From: Porphyridium purpureum
Taxonomy: Eukaryota
Direction: 5' to 3'
Assembly (NCBI GenBank): GCA_008690995.1
Contig: VRMN01000001.1
Span: 682,001-746,000 of the forward strand
DNA length: 64,000 bases
The notes under the pieces were generated by a model that ran no database searches, was not told the origin of the DNA, and was given only the letters and a program-made list of their open reading frames with translations. The position numbers and the translations under genes are program-made. Positions 25,901-36,257 of this stretch are shown here, one piece after another (the stretch's first letter is position 1; the number at the start of each line of letters is the position of its first letter).

Positions 25901-26047
25901 TGCAGCAACGACGTGGTGATTGGGGTGTGCAAGAGTTGTGGCTCGGACGACTTCAACGGATCGGAGGAGTTTGTGCTCAATCCCGAAGACCCCGACCTCA
26001 TCGTGTCGCCCGACGACCGCCTCATCATCGTCTCGGCGTACTTCTAG
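22931..26047 (+). CDS. CASTOR/POLLUX-family cation channel, POLLUX-like/PEC subgroup
   Basis: Two TM helices around the pore WKAWSCLASASTHTKE, then PVLESGHVLVVG, RCK domains with TFNP, GWN, GNPLSRTDL, and the C-terminal NP...DRLIIVS. Long N-terminal targeting region; start uncertain. Confidence 0.85.
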   Translation: MPYAFVHPGYVLCCPARATLDWPCTGPRHAAIGRIGRSPCDGQGSASTRPRGRQRRARSSVVFCLAVRCGDFQSGELRPLCVAFSQSPSEVRHPRRHGGRRRRRPCDERRRQGTVGCTSAAPVHNHSFVSRTREQLASALGVVVLAFSLVLPLSAPANASPARQTDLSPVQSRSCADSSRHTAWRDSKASRRGRRSVIAHVARWKALGAQEAMGVELKGSEDTGNWGSLMTKYQIPSGGGLWNTPSARGATLQNTDTSEAASLGLFERVRYKLDLWLECDRRAYLVLLAIFTVTWVFIAAFIWWLIARIMPRLMYKSRQSESAAGITKPVEMPFHEAIWKAWSCLASASTHTKEKTALNRFVALLLTLSGLASYSIMTASISASMKERFEVLRHGQLAHPVLESGHVLVVGSNSHLVPLLRELDDSHSFALRERRVTSKKLKVVLLSDTLSPVRKAMLTRIRTAMQAGQLPRLLVLTRRGPTNDAETFRLVSADKAKQVIILSDDEQAQVSPDSKALRSVLALQNATRTGEVIVEVSKASTAGLLKSLASHNGIDMPLWVDNRSAHPSGLQVTPVVQNVAAKVFVRSARKRSLSAIYAELLSHKGTVINVREFPTLAGLYYKDLFEQFPSAVVLGLIKSGGRVTFNPKGRYVIQSNDRIMLLGKKRCNLVPPPALEILAQNRRIERAALVEATTLKEAVANGNGANQMNVSSLKTWKEPNGTGNGNGSRATAPLSSSVHSRSKPSAPRLKKDGSDREVFLWETARSDPTKQPSEFVLMSGWNEEAADVLIELDQYVGLHSSVVVVSKVPIAEREHVITRKLRRESRHARLKNLRVHHVYGNPLSRTDLWEAVNVSDSKRKSLSSIMVMPESGWRSLPGDSDDHCVMAALLAEHVFEDAGLSARSITALLEDGRLCSQLKRAHPKICFVSVSELMGLYTAQCSEHSEMGWIWSDIFTSDGWEISLKSPKSYPAFSATTSRTISAMRKMARKCSNDVVIGVCKSCGSDDFNGSEEFVLNPEDPDLIVSPDDRLIIVSAYF

Positions 26048-26364
26048 CAGCATAGCGTTAATATCTTTTGTATCTCCACAAAACATTTCCCGGTGTCTGT
26101 TTGTTGCCGGTCTGTGTGCTGCTTGAACCAGGGACCTCCCCGCTTTCTGCTTTGCCATCCCAACATCTGCAGCAGCAAACAGCCGTGTCGCTCCGCCGTG
26201 CAAGCAACATCGTGAGAGAGTACAGTGCCAGGTGGCGTCATTTGGATAGTGTACAGTGGACAGCATGGCGGAATTGGCGAACGTGCAGCGAGCGAGAGTA
26301 GCGTGGTTGAGAACAACATTCGTCGAGCACACGCAACGCTAAAAGTGTCAAGTGTTGTGGCGCC

Positions 26365-27258
26365 ATGGATCGATTCACACAGCTCGTGGACTCTAACTTC
26401 CTGGTCTCGCGCGCGTATGACGATGAGGAGTATGAGCAGGATGCAAAGGGGCTGGCAGACGTCATGTTGCCGCTGGAGTGGCGCGGCAACGCAGGCGAGG
26501 CACAACAAGCAGATAAGGAACGCCAGCGCGTGAATGCGACGGCCGTGAGGAGTCTGGTCGTGTGCTGCTGTCGCGAATCCGCGGCGCTAGCGCGCAAGTT
26601 GGTCCAGGCGCACCCACATGCTTTTGTGCACATAGGCGACGTGGTCTCGCAGCGCGCGTTCCCAACTGTCGCAGTTTACACAGCGGCACTGGCGGCAGAT
26701 TCGAATAGGCCGAGTGACTCACGTTCTGTTGTGCTTATCCCTGACGGTCAGGTTCCTGCGGAGAGATCGGTGATGCTTGAGCAATTTGTACACGAGCGTA
26801 TTGAGCTGACAGATGTCTCGTTCACCGCTACGATCGGCACAATGTCACCTACTCAATACCTGCTACCTTGGGAGGGGGAGCTGATCTGCCGGACGCTGCG
26901 CTCGTCCGCTCTGCAGGAGGATTCTGCGCTCGTGGCCGCGCTGTGCGGGAGTGAAGGGCAGGACTTGGACGGCGACCGTTCCAAGTTGTCGTGGAGTCGC
27001 CCATTGGAAGTACCAGCGATGCTCCAAGGGACAGATGCCGCGTTTTTATCTGGCGCCGAGTTCAGAGGCCGCAGTGCAATTGGATACGTCGCTATTGATG
27101 ATCCGAGTTTTCGCTCTATGCAGCTCCTCGCTGCGTTGCATGAGGCATTTTGTCTCGCGGTATTTGGCAGACAACATGCGTTGGAACTTGCCAAGCCTCT
27201 TTTGGTCAGTGTTCAGCAGAGCCTCAACAGCCTCATGGCAAACGCGTTGTACTTGTAG
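26365..27258 (+). CDS. PSMG1: Proteasome assembly chaperone 1 (PAC1/PSMG1)-like
   Basis: N-terminal SRAYDDEE, plus LEVPAMLQGTDAAFLS resembling PAC1 LEQPN...AAVLS; short hydrophobic C-terminus LYL. Confidence 0.6.
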   Translation: MDRFTQLVDSNFLVSRAYDDEEYEQDAKGLADVMLPLEWRGNAGEAQQADKERQRVNATAVRSLVVCCCRESAALARKLVQAHPHAFVHIGDVVSQRAFPTVAVYTAALAADSNRPSDSRSVVLIPDGQVPAERSVMLEQFVHERIELTDVSFTATIGTMSPTQYLLPWEGELICRTLRSSALQEDSALVAALCGSEGQDLDGDRSKLSWSRPLEVPAMLQGTDAAFLSGAEFRGRSAIGYVAIDDPSFRSMQLLAALHEAFCLAVFGRQHALELAKPLLVSVQQSLNSLMANALYL

Positions 27259-27374
27259 CAGAGAAAGCAGAGAATCGCAAGAAAATAAAGTGCGTCGAAG
27301 CGAGGGGCTGAGGCATTAGCGCTGATTTTGCCCGTTCGGTGTTGCGCCTTTCCGCGTCGCATGACGCTGCGGAG

Positions 27375-29396
27375 ATGCGCCATGCGCCAGACCAATGGTG
27401 GGTTGTGCTGCTCTGCACGCTCGCCGCGTGGGTCGGCTTCCGTGTGGCGTGGACGATGTGCGATGTACTCCAGCAGTCGGATCGCGACTTTGGATTTGGC
27501 GGCACGGACGGCGACGTCATGGCGTTCGTTCGGGACCCGCGTCATGTTTTCCAGCTCCATGAGCAGTCTGTGATGAAAACCATCCATCCGAATACGCTTG
27601 AAAAAGTTCGGCTTGTGTGGATTCTGGAATGGAAGCAACGAGAGACGCAGAGCACGCAAGCGCATGACGTACTGAAAGATATAAGATCGTTTGCGCTCAC
27701 TTTAGATGAAGAGCTTGTTTCGGTCTGGGGCTCGTTCGCTGGTCGTGAAGCCTTGCGAGTTGATGTATGGATTAGTGGCTTGGAAGATCACGATGAGTCC
27801 ATGCGTACGGCGGTAGTTGACGCGTTTGGCCAGACACCTGTGGCCTTGTCGTTTACCACAAGAGTGGATGCAACCCACCCGGCGTGGAACTGGCCATCGT
27901 ATGTGGCGCACTTTATGGTGATGCAAACATTTGCTGGTGATGCATACGGATCCGGACAAGATAGCCTGCAGGCATTACGTCATGCGCGGGAGTGGTTGCG
28001 ATCGTCGTGCAAGGGCTCGGAATCCCTGCTAGCGGTTGTCTTGAATCACCAGAAGGACTCGCGTCTCTCGTGCCACCTTTTGGACCCATCGGAAGGGGGA
28101 TTTGAGTACAAAGCAGACGGGATATTGTCCTCGATAGGTGACGAAGAACTAAGGATTTGGTACCCTGTTTCACGAACACTCTGGCAGAACTTTCGTTCCT
28201 GGGCGGTCCTCAGAAAACACCGGCATCAAAAGCCAGCAAGTGCACTGGCCTCGTTCGTAGCAGATGCTCGTGTTTCTGTGCTAGCAGTTTCCGGTCCCAA
28301 CGGATGTATAGCGGAAGCAGGTTCGAGCAACATTTCCTGTCCGATCAAGCTGGTTTCTAGTGGCATAACAGGTTCGGATGGCTGCTTGGGGGGCTCGAAG
28401 TGCATGCTCGACGAAAGCACTCGCCTCAAGTTGATGTCGTACGCCGCTCAGAACGAAAACGTACTCACATTAACTGTTGTGACAGCTCCATTTCTACCAT
28501 TTGCGCATTCATGGCTGTGCAATGTTGATTTTCTTGGTATTCGCCCTCCGGGTATTGTGTGGTTGACGCAAGATGCGAAAAGTGCTGCTGCCTTATCGCT
28601 TCGAGCTACGAATTTCCACTCAGATTTCTTGACTCTTGATCTTTCCGAGATGCACGGAGCTGCTGGCAATCACGCTAAAGGCGATGCCTCGGGTCTGCCA
28701 TACGGGTCGGAGGATTACTGGCGACTTATGCTGGCGCGCAGTATTCTCCTGGCCGAACTTGCCTTTCTCGGTGCCGATATTTTTCTGTTTGAGACGGATG
28801 CCCTTTGGACCTCGAACGCACTGGGATACGCGACCTTTGCGCGTCGTGTGGGTGCCGACGTGGTCGGTGCACTGGACACGCGCAAGGAGATTGGCGGGAA
28901 CTTCTTGTTCATCAGGAATAATCTCAACACCAAACGGCTGATGCATCAGGTAGCAAGCGAGTTTTTCAAGACATTTCAGGACGCATACAAGGACAGGAGC
29001 AGAAAGAAGCAACAGCGACACAGGTACTTGCCCAACGACCAAAGCACTATCACACGGTTGGCACTGTTCACGCCAAGTGTGCGTGAACACGATCCTGTGT
29101 CCTTTTTTGCACTTGATTCACGAAGTATAGCTGACGGAGTATGGTATAATTCATCCAAGCCCGGACGTATACCTGACCCGCGATTCACGCTTCTCATTAA
29201 CAATAACTTCATCAAGGGCGTCGACGCCAAAGTTGCTCGCGCCAAGCTGTTCAGTCATTGGTTCTGGGACGAGCGCACAAATTCATGCAATCAAACTGCT
29301 CTTTCGCGCTCATTGCAGGTTGTCACACCGGCGGCCACATCCGACCGCGCATTCGCGGAACAGTTGAACCGTCATTGCAGAGCTGAGACGCGATGA
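27375..29396 (+). CDS. Type II membrane glycosyltransferase with C-terminal nucleotide-diphospho-sugar transferase (GT77-like) domain
   Basis: N-terminal TM; SWLCN, YGSEDYWRLMLAR, LFETDALW (DxD-like), NDQ, NNNFIKGVDAKVARAK..HWF. Confidence 0.8.
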   Translation: MRHAPDQWWVVLLCTLAAWVGFRVAWTMCDVLQQSDRDFGFGGTDGDVMAFVRDPRHVFQLHEQSVMKTIHPNTLEKVRLVWILEWKQRETQSTQAHDVLKDIRSFALTLDEELVSVWGSFAGREALRVDVWISGLEDHDESMRTAVVDAFGQTPVALSFTTRVDATHPAWNWPSYVAHFMVMQTFAGDAYGSGQDSLQALRHAREWLRSSCKGSESLLAVVLNHQKDSRLSCHLLDPSEGGFEYKADGILSSIGDEELRIWYPVSRTLWQNFRSWAVLRKHRHQKPASALASFVADARVSVLAVSGPNGCIAEAGSSNISCPIKLVSSGITGSDGCLGGSKCMLDESTRLKLMSYAAQNENVLTLTVVTAPFLPFAHSWLCNVDFLGIRPPGIVWLTQDAKSAAALSLRATNFHSDFLTLDLSEMHGAAGNHAKGDASGLPYGSEDYWRLMLARSILLAELAFLGADIFLFETDALWTSNALGYATFARRVGADVVGALDTRKEIGGNFLFIRNNLNTKRLMHQVASEFFKTFQDAYKDRSRKKQQRHRYLPNDQSTITRLALFTPSVREHDPVSFFALDSRSIADGVWYNSSKPGRIPDPRFTLLINNNFIKGVDAKVARAKLFSHWFWDERTNSCNQTALSRSLQVVTPAATSDRAFAEQLNRHCRAETR

Positions 29397-29446
29397 ATGC
29401 GACGAGCTAACTATCTGTCGGAGGAATGCTGAACCATTGTTGATCA

Positions 29447-30258
29447 TTGAGATATGACGTGCCATGGCGTTTCTCTGTCGAAGCTAGATGTTTTGGGGCC
29501 GAGATGTCAATTGCTGAGGATCGTCTGCGGCACAGCAATGTTCCGTGCATGCCTGAAATGGCGTCATCACTGCTTGGGCGGCAGAATCTGGCATTGTCTC
29601 TTATCGGATTGTTGCTTCGAGGCCGGATTCCTCCTGGACCGTTGCTCACCCGGAAAGCCCAAACCATCAATTGTAACTTGGCACGCATGTGTTTGTCCCT
29701 TTGTGTGGGGATTACGGAGGACATATCGACATGCACTTCGTGTTTGGACGTGCTGCATTGAAGCCCTTTACCGGCACGTACATGCGCTCCAAATTACGTC
29801 CGGGCGATAAGCGACACGTGCAGCTCATGATGCGAACGAGCCAAATCGACCCACGAGAAGCAAGCGTGTCACAATGGCTTCAGCAGGACTCGGGAGTCAT
29901 GAGGGGGCGATTTATCACTTTTGATACCATTGCGTGCAATGCCATGCTCGCCTCACACTTGGCCTTCAAAGGAGGCTCGGATCCTATCAGAAAGAATGGC
30001 TGCAACCCATTTTACATGAATCAGTCTGCGATACCCGAACACCCGCAGCTCTGGGAAGATTCGCTTTGGGACAGAATCCGTGTCCGCAAGCGCACTGAGG
30101 CGACCCACCTTGGCGAGCTTTATGAAAGAATTTCGAAACCAGCGTTCATGCTGGTCTCTTGCCCGCAAGGACAGCTAGCGTGCCACCATACATTAGAGTC
30201 CCGGCTTCGTCCTTTCAACGGCAAAATGGAAAGGTGCGCGGAAAGTGAGTACCTGTGA
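29447..30258 (+). pseudogene. Possible degraded glycosyltransferase-like fragment
   Basis: ORF 29689-30258 begins VFVPLCGDYGGHIDMH with no clear start. Upstream frames carry LRYDV but are broken. Confidence 0.25.
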
Positions 30259-30350
30259 GTGACAAGGTTGAGTTTACTCCATTGAAACACTGAGGAGACT
30301 TCTGCATGTTCTAGTACGCAAACGAGCGGCGGCAAATCTTGCACGACACG

Positions 30351-31418
30351 ATGAAGGCAGCGCTGGTGTCAGCATGTGGCGAGGTTGATGAAGTGCTAAA
30401 CGTGGGAACGGCCGAGGCGCCCACGCGAAGCGCGAATGCCGCGGCCTCCGGCGAGCTGCTTGTGAAAGTGCATGCTTGCAGCATCAGTCCGTCCGAGTGG
30501 CGTTTGATTTCCGGCGACGCTGATATCATCAAGAAGCCGCCGGGCTTCCCATACATTCCGAGCCTCGATGTGAGCGGCACCGTTCTCGAGAGTGACACGC
30601 CCGAGTTTGCCGTTGGTGCCGAAATTGTTGCGACGTGGGATAATGTGGGAGGCTTCGGAGGGATGGCGGAGCAGTGTATCGTAAAGGCGTCTCTCACGGC
30701 GATCCGGCCGGAGCAGATATCGCCTGTGGACGCTGCCGCGCTCGCAAACTCGGCTGGCCACGCCTTGTTGGCGGTGAAAAGTCAACGCATCGCCCCGGCA
30801 GATCGCGTGCTGGTGCTCGGCGCCGCGGGTGGAGTTGGGTCTTGCATTGTGCAGTTGCTGAAAGTGCCAGGCGTCGGGGGCTCAGACTCCACGCATGTCA
30901 CCGCGACGAGCGCGACCAAGGAAGGCAAGGACCTGCTCATGTCGCTTGGCGTGGATCGCGTCATCGACTATTCATTGGAGAAATGGTGGGAGACGAGCGA
31001 CCTGCCGTTCGATGTGATCGTTGACTGTGCTGAGGGTACCTCTGCTTGGCAGCACGCGTGCGACGGGGCTCTAAAGCCTGGAAAGGATGGCGGGCGCTTT
31101 CTTGCGCTCGTTCAGAAGGAACACCGCATTATCATGAAAAGCTACTGGGATTTTACGGCATTTCTGGTCCCGGTGTTCTTCCGTCAGCTATGGACCACGT
31201 TTCGGACGTCTTTGCCCAAGTACCAAACTTCCATGACAATGGGCGACGTTACAGGGCTAGTCCTTCGTGACGTATTGGATCTTGTGGTTGACGGCAAGCT
31301 CAAAGCAATCGTCGATCCACATTGCCCGCTTCCGTTCACGACAGAAGGCGTACGTACGGCCTTCAAGCTGCTTGCGGAGCGCAAAGCACACGGGAAACTT
31401 GTCGTCCAGATCGATTGA
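30351..31418 (+). CDS. NADPH:quinone oxidoreductase-like MDR (RTN4IP1/ceQORH-like)
   Basis: LLVKVHACSISP, PYIPSLDVSGTV, GGMAE, VLVLGAAGGVGS, LGVDRVIDY, AHGKLVV. Confidence 0.9.
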   Translation: MKAALVSACGEVDEVLNVGTAEAPTRSANAAASGELLVKVHACSISPSEWRLISGDADIIKKPPGFPYIPSLDVSGTVLESDTPEFAVGAEIVATWDNVGGFGGMAEQCIVKASLTAIRPEQISPVDAAALANSAGHALLAVKSQRIAPADRVLVLGAAGGVGSCIVQLLKVPGVGGSDSTHVTATSATKEGKDLLMSLGVDRVIDYSLEKWWETSDLPFDVIVDCAEGTSAWQHACDGALKPGKDGGRFLALVQKEHRIIMKSYWDFTAFLVPVFFRQLWTTFRTSLPKYQTSMTMGDVTGLVLRDVLDLVVDGKLKAIVDPHCPLPFTTEGVRTAFKLLAERKAHGKLVVQID

Positions 31419-31481
31419 TCCTCCTATATATATACCTCTTTTCCAAAGCGGGAACCTGTCCACGCTTGCACTTCATTCACA

Positions 31482-33266
31482 TCATCTCAGGAACAATGAG
31501 TACGCAGGATTCTTTGATTCGTCCTCGTAAGGATACCCTAGCGATTGCACAAAGTTCTGGAACTCGTCCCTTTCATGGAGAGGTACGCGTATTCCAACAA
31601 ACACGCGCCCGCGATCAGCGCCGTGATTGCGGTAGTGAAACATGCTGATGCTCCAATCACTCTTCATTCGCAACAAAAAGGTCATGAGCGCGCCAGGACG
31701 CTCGGGAAACTCGAAGCGGTACGCCACTTCGTCGTCCAACTCGTGGCCCTGCACCCGCCCACCTACGAGGTGCCGCAAGTGCAGTTTGGCCATTTCGTCT
31801 TGCGTGAGATCGAGCACACCAAATCCTGCTTCGCGCAACGAGTCGATCTTTTTCGCAATCTGTGCCTTATTTCTGACTGCAAAGGCAACGAACACAACCG
31901 CCTTGTCAGGTCCGCTGTAACGATAATTGAACTCTGTGACGCTGGTCCCCGCGCCCAGCGCGGCTAACATTTCACGGAACGAACCTGGCTTTTCAGGAAT
32001 CGTGACTGCGAGTACTGCCTCGCGACCTTCTCCAATTTCTGCGCGCTCCGAAACATGCCGCAAACGGTCAAAGTTCGTATTTGCGCCGGACGTGACCGCA
32101 ATGTACGCGCCGTCCTCGTCGACGCCACGCTCTTCGGCATAACGCTTGACCGCGGCCACGGCAAGCGCCCCAGAGGGCTCCAGAATGCTGCGTGTGTCTT
32201 CAAAGACGTCTTTCATGGCCGCACAAATTTCGTCGTTCGTCACGCGAATGACTTCATCCACGAGCACCGAGCACAGACGCCACGTCTCCTCGCCGACTTC
32301 AATCACCGCCGTCCCGTCCGCGAATGTGCCCACACTCGCGAGCTTGACACGTTTGCCGGCTTGCATGGATTGGTACAGCGCGTCGGATTCGAATGCTTCT
32401 ACACCAATCACGCGCACGCCGGGCAAGAGCCGCTTGATGACCACGGCCACACCGGCTATCAATCCCCCACCGCCCACAGGTACGAAGACGGCCTTGAGCT
32501 GCTTGTTTTCCAGTTCCCACGCCTTCGACTGACGCACAATCTCCGTGCCTACAGTGCCCTGTCCCGCAATGATGTCTGGATGGTCAAAGGGCGGCACAAA
32601 TAAACGGCCGTCCTTTTCCGACAGTTCCAGCGCGAGCTTCTTCGCAGCGTCAAAATTATCACCATGCAGCACGACTTCGGCCCCGCGGCTCCTCACCGCG
32701 TCCACTTTGATCTGTGGGGTGGCGAGCGGCATGACAATTGTGGCATGAACGCCCAATTTACTGGCGGCCATCGCGACGCCTTGGGCATGATTGCCTGCGG
32801 ACGCCGCGACCACTCCGGCAGCAATGCGAGACTTGGGCACACTCGCCATCATGTTGTAGGCGCCTCGCAGCTTGAACGAAAACACAGGCTGAGTGTCCTC
32901 ACGTTTGAGCAGAACAAGAGCGCCGACCCGGGCCGAGAGCAACGGCGCGGCCTCGAGCGCGGTCTCGATCGCCACGTCATACACCTTGGACGTCAGCACG
33001 CGCTCCAAGTAGTCATTCTTGAGCGGTGTACACGGCACATAGCAATACAGCTCGCCCTCCTGTTGCCGCATCTGCTCCTGCTCCTGCGCCTTCAGTGCAG
33101 CCGCCTCTCCGGTGGCCGTCACGCCCTTTTCGGGCGACTGCACACATCGAACGACCGCACGCCGCCGGTTTGCGCACGCACGCTTCTGCGCGCTTCTGGA
33201 ACCACTCGACCTTTCCATCCATTGCGCCGTGCCGAACACGCCAGGCGCGAACGAAAAGCACAGCAT
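31482..33266 (-). CDS. ilvA: Biosynthetic threonine deaminase, plastid-targeted
   Basis: KREDTQPVFSFKLRGAYN (PLP Lys), ASAGNHAQG, VGGGGL, two ACT-like domains (IPEKPGSF, FPERPGAL), FHYRNHG. Confidence 0.97.
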   Translation of the reverse strand: MLCFSFAPGVFGTAQWMERSSGSRSAQKRACANRRRAVVRCVQSPEKGVTATGEAAALKAQEQEQMRQQEGELYCYVPCTPLKNDYLERVLTSKVYDVAIETALEAAPLLSARVGALVLLKREDTQPVFSFKLRGAYNMMASVPKSRIAAGVVAASAGNHAQGVAMAASKLGVHATIVMPLATPQIKVDAVRSRGAEVVLHGDNFDAAKKLALELSEKDGRLFVPPFDHPDIIAGQGTVGTEIVRQSKAWELENKQLKAVFVPVGGGGLIAGVAVVIKRLLPGVRVIGVEAFESDALYQSMQAGKRVKLASVGTFADGTAVIEVGEETWRLCSVLVDEVIRVTNDEICAAMKDVFEDTRSILEPSGALAVAAVKRYAEERGVDEDGAYIAVTSGANTNFDRLRHVSERAEIGEGREAVLAVTIPEKPGSFREMLAALGAGTSVTEFNYRYSGPDKAVVFVAFAVRNKAQIAKKIDSLREAGFGVLDLTQDEMAKLHLRHLVGGRVQGHELDDEVAYRFEFPERPGALMTFLLRMKSDWSISMFHYRNHGADRGRVFVGIRVPLHERDEFQNFVQSLGYPYEDESKNPAYSLFLR

Positions 33267-33919
33267 GATCGAGCCGCTCTTCTCACTCACACTCCTCCAC
33301 TCCCACACCACTTCCGACCTCCCCCACCACTCCTCCACACAAAAACCCCCCCAACTCGCCGCGCACAACCCATCGCACGCAGTGTACTCACAGTACAGCC
33401 CATTCACTGCTGTACCCCGGGGAAAGCTCAAAGTACAGTTAGTCGAAGAGGTTCAGTGTGCGGTTCAGTATGAAGTACAGTATATGGTTCAGTTCTATCA
33501 GTGTACTCTTTCGTTTTTTGTCGCAGGGTACGGAGCGGCATGGTGGAGCGGTGCGAGCGCCAAGCGGGAGGTTGAACTTTTGGGTGTTTTATGCATGACA
33601 AACAGCGCTGGATTAGTAGGACTTGCGCTCGTGAAATCTGCAGCAGAGATCATATCCGCGCGCGTCTAGTAAAAAACGCGCTTGTTTGTATGGAGCGTCC
33701 CGCCCGCCCCGCGCTGGTGAGAAAACGGAGGCGAGAGTCAATAGAACGAGGTTAGCGCGTTATTATTGAAATAGAGGGAGGAGGGAAGAGCGCGTTAGGG
33801 GTGGGGGGAAAGAAGGAGGGGAGCATCGTCGCGGGGAGGAGGCAATTGGGTGTGTCGGTCAGTCTCGAAGAAGGGGTGGGGACTTGAGAGAGATTAGGGG
33901 ATAGGGACGAAAAGCAAAC

Positions 33920-34906
33920 ATGGCCTTTGTTGGAGGATTCGCGGGCGTGAGCCGCGCGTCGGTCGCGCGCAAGGAGGTCAGCGTGCAGATGGGGCTCGGC
34001 GAGCAGGTGGCGCAGCGCGCGCGCGCCGACCTGGCCAAGGTCATGGAGGTTGTGGGAAAGGACTCGAAGGCTAAGAGCGCACTTGCCGCGCTGGCGGTCA
34101 GCGCGGCCGTCATGGGCACCCAGATGACCCCCGTGCAGGCATTCACAGAGGAGGACTTCCGACAGCTGTCCTACGAGCAGGTCAAGGGAACCGGCCTGGC
34201 CAACAGGTGCCCGGAGGTGGACGGCACCAAGGGATCCATCAAGATCGAGAAGGGAAAGAAGTACAAGATCGTCGACATGTGCATCGAACCAAAGAGCTTC
34301 CAGGTTGAGGACGAGGTCGGCAAGGGCAAGCAGGCGCGCAAGGAGTTTGTCGACACCAAGCTCATGACGCGTGCGACTTACACGCTGACCGGCATTGAGG
34401 GTCCGCTCACCGTGAACGCCAACGGTGACTTGGAGTTCCAGGAGAAGGACGGCATCGACTATGCCGCAACCACGGTGCAGCTGCCGGGAGGCGAGCGCGT
34501 GCCGTTCCTGTTCACGGTCAAGGAGCTCGTGGCGACGGCCAAGGGCGACTCGATTGGCTCAGGAACCGAGTTTGGCGGCGAGTTCACAGTGCCTTCGTAC
34601 CGAACGGGTCTGTTCCTGGACCCCAAGGGCCGTGGCGGTGTGACGGGCTACGACATGGCCGTTGCGCTGCCGGGCATGATGGCTGACGGTGCCGAAGGAC
34701 AGGACGAGCTGTTCAAGGAGACGAACAAGGTGTTCCAGGTGACGAAGGGCGAGATCGAGATGGGCGTGCAAAAGGTGGACCCCTCCACGAACGAGATTGC
34801 CGGCGTGTTTGTGTCGGAGCAGCTGACCGACACGGACATGGGTGCCAAGGCGCCGAAGAACATCCTGCTCAAGGGTGTGTTCTACGCTCGCATTGTTGAG
34901 GAATGA
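33920..34906 (+). CDS. psbO: Photosystem II Mn-stabilising protein PsbO
   Basis: MAFV bipartite transit peptide; VKGTGLANRCP, GIDYAATTVQLPGGERVPFLFTVK, FLDPKGRG. Confidence 0.98.
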   Translation: MAFVGGFAGVSRASVARKEVSVQMGLGEQVAQRARADLAKVMEVVGKDSKAKSALAALAVSAAVMGTQMTPVQAFTEEDFRQLSYEQVKGTGLANRCPEVDGTKGSIKIEKGKKYKIVDMCIEPKSFQVEDEVGKGKQARKEFVDTKLMTRATYTLTGIEGPLTVNANGDLEFQEKDGIDYAATTVQLPGGERVPFLFTVKELVATAKGDSIGSGTEFGGEFTVPSYRTGLFLDPKGRGGVTGYDMAVALPGMMADGAEGQDELFKETNKVFQVTKGEIEMGVQKVDPSTNEIAGVFVSEQLTDTDMGAKAPKNILLKGVFYARIVEE

Positions 34907-35288
34907 TATTGTGCGAGCTGAAGCGCATTTCCCCCCCTGAAGCAGCGACATCGAGTAACAGCTTGTGTAAGTTTGACATGCATTCCCCCCGCCTGACCCA
35001 AAGCTTTCGGCAGTAAACACCTCGAGTGTGCATAAACCGCCGCCGCACCCGGCATCTCGGCCAAGTCGTCACCCGCACTTTATGCGCCAGAGCTCCGCGC
35101 TGAACCTGCTTGCCACGCGTCGCATGGCAGCTGTACCTCCAGACCCTCTCTGCGTTCGCCCCCGGCGGGCCTGCACGAATGGATCGACGCGCCAGGTTGG
35201 CCAGGAAACGCGAAAGCGCGGCAGCAGATATCTTCTGCGTGACAAAAGGGGTGACTTGGTCGCGGTTGATTGCGTCGCAGCCGTCGAA

Positions 35289-36023
35289 ATGGAGCACGCG
35301 TTCGTGGGAGTCGCGCCTCGCGCTGGAGCGAGAGCGCAAGACGCCGTTGCCGCGGCAGCAATGTGTCGCCGCGGCGCGCGCGCGGTGGCGCCGCGTGGCC
35401 GCCTCGCCAGAAACGTCAAGGCGCTCCGGCACCGTCGAGCACAGGCCAATAGCATGACTGTGGTGTCGTGCTCGGACGAGGAGTGGGCCCCAGTCCAGAG
35501 CAGCAACCCGCTAGAAGATGAGCGCGTCGGGCTCACCGACGTTTCGGAAGAGGACGACGCCGATATCCTCAAGTTTGCCATTGCGTGCGCGAAAGCAGGG
35601 GACGAGCGCAAGGCGAGCGATATTGTTGCCATGCGGGTGTCGCATCTTACCGTTATCACTTCGTTCTTTGTGTTCATGAGCGCAAATAGTCCGCCACAGC
35701 TGCGCGCCATCGCCAACAATGTCGAGGGCTGTTTGGCAAAGGAGTTCAAGCTCAATCCGCGCCGCGTGTCCGGGACGCATGAAAGCGGTTGGATGCTTCT
35801 TGACTACGGTGACCTCATGGTGCACGTCTTTGACCGCGAAAGCCGCAAGTTCTACGACGTGGAGAGCCGCTGGGCGGCTGGCGAGCGAATCGATCTCTCT
35901 GAGCATTTGCTTCCAGGCAGCACCCTGCCCTTCAGTTCCAGTGCCCGTTCGATGCCGCTGAGGGATGAGAGTAAGCCAGAAGACTGGGAACGCGCGTCTC
36001 CACTCGATCAGGATTGGTTGTGA
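35289..36023 (+). CDS. rsfS: Plastid Iojap / ribosome silencing factor RsfS
   Basis: DERKASDI, SGWMLLDYGDLMVHVF, FYDVESRW; transit peptide MEHAFV. Confidence 0.93.
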   Translation: MEHAFVGVAPRAGARAQDAVAAAAMCRRGARAVAPRGRLARNVKALRHRRAQANSMTVVSCSDEEWAPVQSSNPLEDERVGLTDVSEEDDADILKFAIACAKAGDERKASDIVAMRVSHLTVITSFFVFMSANSPPQLRAIANNVEGCLAKEFKLNPRRVSGTHESGWMLLDYGDLMVHVFDRESRKFYDVESRWAAGERIDLSEHLLPGSTLPFSSSARSMPLRDESKPEDWERASPLDQDWL

Positions 36024-36257
36024 TTGCAATGAGGAGAAATATTTATTTCCGTGAGAGATATTCCGGGCTTGCTTTGCTTTGTTTTTCATTGTTCTGTTCC
36101 TCCTTTCTTTCGGTTTTTTTTTCTTTTTTTCTTTTTTCTTTCTTCTTTATAAAAGAACCCTCCTTACATTTGCACGACGCCAGGTGGCTTTCCAGGAGAT
36201 CAACAGATGTCCGCTTCGTCGTGGTGAAAACAAATGGGTCAGGAAAACGCCGCAGCA

